Source: a virus. Taken from it: DNA of 64,000 nucleotides. The translations under genes were made by a program, and so were the position numbers. Location of the stretch: the IMG/VR virus record IMGVR_UViG_3300020733_000010, positions 114,145 through 178,144 of that record. One strand, given 5' to 3'. The notes under the pieces were generated by a model, which had not been told where the DNA came from, searched no databases, and saw nothing but the letters and a program-made list of their open reading frames with translations. Positions 62,521-64,000 of this stretch are shown piece after piece. Position 1 is the stretch's first letter, and every line of letters begins with the position of its first letter.

Positions 62521-62569
62521 AAATTTTGTATAGACCCTGTTAAGTTCAGGGCTCTATACGAGAATGTAT

Positions 62570-62975
62570 TAGGTTAACAACCCCACTAGGTTGTTTACTG
62601 TCTTTTAAAGTACCCGCCGGGGTACACACAGTAAATGACATGAAGCAGGGTCAGTAGCTTAGGCTATGTAGACTCGGAGTCGCGGTGGACAAGTTGCAAG
62701 TAATATGTTTAGTGTCTTATCGGTAGACGGTACCGTGAGAAGGCTGCGGCGCAGTTGCGACATTAAGCACCCCAATATGTTTTCGTATAGAGTTTATATG
62801 CAAACGACTTACGATATTGTAAGGAAGATTCAGCGTTACGCACTGAATAACCTTGATGGTATTCGTATAAAGTTTATTACAACTTGCATGAGTAGGTCGT
62901 TTACTTATAAGTTTGTATCACTGTACCGAGAAGTGCCTTAGAGCCCATTTTAAGATTATGAGTACAGTGATACTT
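62570..62975 (+). ncRNA. Candidate large (about 400 nt) structured RNA
   Basis: Helices 62594-62601/62628-62635, 62610-62615/62620-62625, 62695-62701/62882-62888, 62802-62812/62892-62902 and a perfect 12-bp 62915-62926/62962-62973; no convincing CDS. Confidence 0.55.
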
Positions 62976-62977
62976 TT

Positions 62978-63052
62978 GGAGCATTCGTCTATCGGTTAGG
63001 ACATCAGGTTTTCATCCTGAGAAGAGGAGTTCGACTCTCCTATGCTCTTCCA
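62978..63052 (+). tRNA. tRNA-Glu(TTC), second copy
   Basis: tcagg-ttTTCat-cctga arm, CCA. Confidence 0.9.
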
Positions 63053-63059
63053 AGTTTTT

Positions 63060-63138
63060 GCAGTGATGGAGAAGACAGACGCCCGAAAGAGCGTTTCATA
63101 CTAGTTGTCACAGTGGTTCGAGTCCACTGGCTGCGCCA
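63060..63138 (+). ncRNA. tRNA-like RNA with T arm and CCA but no D or anticodon arm
   Basis: cagtgg-TTCGAGT-ccactg, short acceptor gcagt/gctgc, CCA; interior gacgc-ccgaaaga-gcgtt hairpin. Confidence 0.5.
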
Positions 63139-63143
63139 AACAG

Positions 63144-63385
63144 ACACGAGGGTGGCAGTAGACACTGTCCAAGATGGTACCCATGTAAAAGCTCATCAAC
63201 AATACTAAGGCAATAGTTAGTACTAGAGTAACTGAAAACCGACCCGGGGGAGACTTCCCGGGCTTCACGAAAGTGACGAACGATAAGCAAAGTCGGTCCA
63301 GGTAGGGTAAGGAAAAGTATTGTCAGCGGAAAGACTGTAACAAGGACAGAAGTTATGGGTTGCGTAGCACTCAATAACGCCGTGT
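63144..63385 (+). ncRNA. Candidate structured RNA (about 240 nt)
   Basis: Nested helices 63144-48/63381-85, 63199-206/63316-323, 63238-43/63292-97, cccggg hairpin and cac-GAAA-gtg, plus crossing helices 63165-70/63344-49 and 63179-84/63355-60. Confidence 0.55.
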
Positions 63386-63404
63386 ATTCCTTGAACAAAT
63401 TTAT

Positions 63405-63480
63405 GCTTCGTTAGCTCAATCGGGAGAGCGCCACCCTGTCACGGTGGAGGCAAGGGGATCGAAACCCCTACGAGGCGCCA
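63405..63480 (+). tRNA. tRNA-Asp(GTC), second copy with A54 T-loop
   Basis: ccacc-ctGTCac-ggtgg arm; T-loop ATCGAAA; G73; CCA. Confidence 0.88.
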
Positions 63481-63485
63481 TAATT

Positions 63486-63582
63486 GGAGAGTTGGGTGAG
63501 CTGGCTGAAACCACCTTCCTGCTAAGAAGACATATGGAGCAAAAACTCTGTATCGAGGGTTCGAATCCCTCACTCTCCGCCA
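63486..63582 (+). tRNA. tRNA-Ser(GCT)
   Basis: ctGCTaa loop, long variable arm, G73, CCA. Confidence 0.9.
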
Positions 63583-63679
63583 GAGCAAATAGTAGTCTCC
63601 TGTTATATGACTACTCAATGTTTGTTAGTTTCAATGGGTGTTATAGAAACTAACATTTTTTAAACAAAAGGAAATTGAC

Positions 63680-63700
63680 ATGAAACGTAGTAAACGTTAG
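63680..63700 (+). other. Mini-ORF MKRSKR* with SD, embedded in a hairpin
   Basis: aagga SD, then ATG AAA CGT AGT AAA CGT TAG, flanked by ttgaca/tgtcaa. Confidence 0.4.
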
Positions 63701-63759
63701 TGTCAATCTTGATCCCGTATTGGTCAAGGTTGGCACGTAAAATCAATTAATTACGACAA

Positions 63760-63834
63760 CCCTTGGTAGCGCAGTGGTAGCGCAACGGACTCTTAATCCG
63801 CTGGTCGTCAGTTCGAATCTGACCCAAGGGACCA
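63760..63834 (+). tRNA. tRNA-Lys(CTT)
   Basis: ctCTTaa loop, CCA. Confidence 0.9.
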
Positions 63835-63838
63835 ATAT

Positions 63839-63913
63839 GGGGGTATAACTTAACGGCTAAAGTAAGGGGCTTTTAACCCCGAAATCAGAGTTCGATTCTC
63901 TGTGCCCCTACCA
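63839..63913 (+). tRNA. tRNA-Lys(TTT)
   Basis: gggg-ctTTTaa-cccc arm, CCA. Confidence 0.9.
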
Positions 63914-64000
63914 TATAAAAACACATTGACTTGCCTCCAGGTAATAGTCAAATTGAAGCCGAGCCAGGATGCAGAGTCTCGGATTAAAGACTAAGTGTGT

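Noticed and set aside
63060-63138. Selenocysteine tRNA or tmRNA fragment
   Set aside because: No TCA anticodon arm, no 8/5 acceptor-T geometry, no G3.U70 and no tag ORF.
63144-63385. RNase P RNA (loose GACAGAA and AACUGAAAAC resemblance) or group I intron
   Set aside because: The P4 consensus (GAGGAAAGUCC...CCCGGCUUA) and the group I P/Q/R/S motifs are absent.
53622-63653. ORFs overlapping tRNA or ncRNA sequence (53622 5' part, 53936, 54087, 57135, 58333, 61963, 62150, 62705, 63108, 63444)
   Set aside because: They are readings of tRNA or structured RNA sequence with no coding signal.
52600-64000. CRISPR array or mini-CRISPR among the repeats
   Set aside because: No regularly spaced identical repeats with unique spacers; the repeats are promoters, tRNAs and hairpins.
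1-64000. Stop-codon recoding (alternative genetic code)
   Set aside because: Long genes are intact in code 11, and no CTA, TCA or TTA suppressor tRNA was found in this window.

Overview
This window looks like part of a large AT-rich T4-like (Caudoviricetes, myovirus-type) phage genome read in the standard genetic code. Bases 1-32.5 kb are a + strand block of virion/fibre genes: G/T/N/S-rich repeat fibres, small adaptor proteins, polyglycine adhesins and LamG/ConA lectin proteins. Bases 32.5-41.4 kb hold class Ia ribonucleotide reductase (nrdA, nrdB), glutaredoxin, a PAAR spike protein and a SleB-like cell wall hydrolase. Bases 41.4-52.1 kb are two convergent operons forming a phage-encoded acyl-modification cluster: 2 ACPs, AcpS, 3 membrane desaturases, 2 PP-loop ATPases, 4 GNAT-like proteins, FkbM, a radical SAM enzyme and 2OG-Fe(II) oxygenases, one of them frameshifted. 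Bases 52.1-64 kb are a tRNA array (30 tRNAs with readable anticodons plus 3 tRNA-like RNAs) interleaved with 7 more 2OG-Fe(II) oxygenases, 2 HNH genes and several unannotated structured RNAs. The strongest novel candidate is a 58-codon leader ORF at the head of the array. It uses all 20 amino acids within its first 42 codons and is coupled to mutually exclusive antiterminator/terminator helices, consistent with a general tRNA-shortage attenuator. All calls were made by eye; no database searches or folding programs were run.
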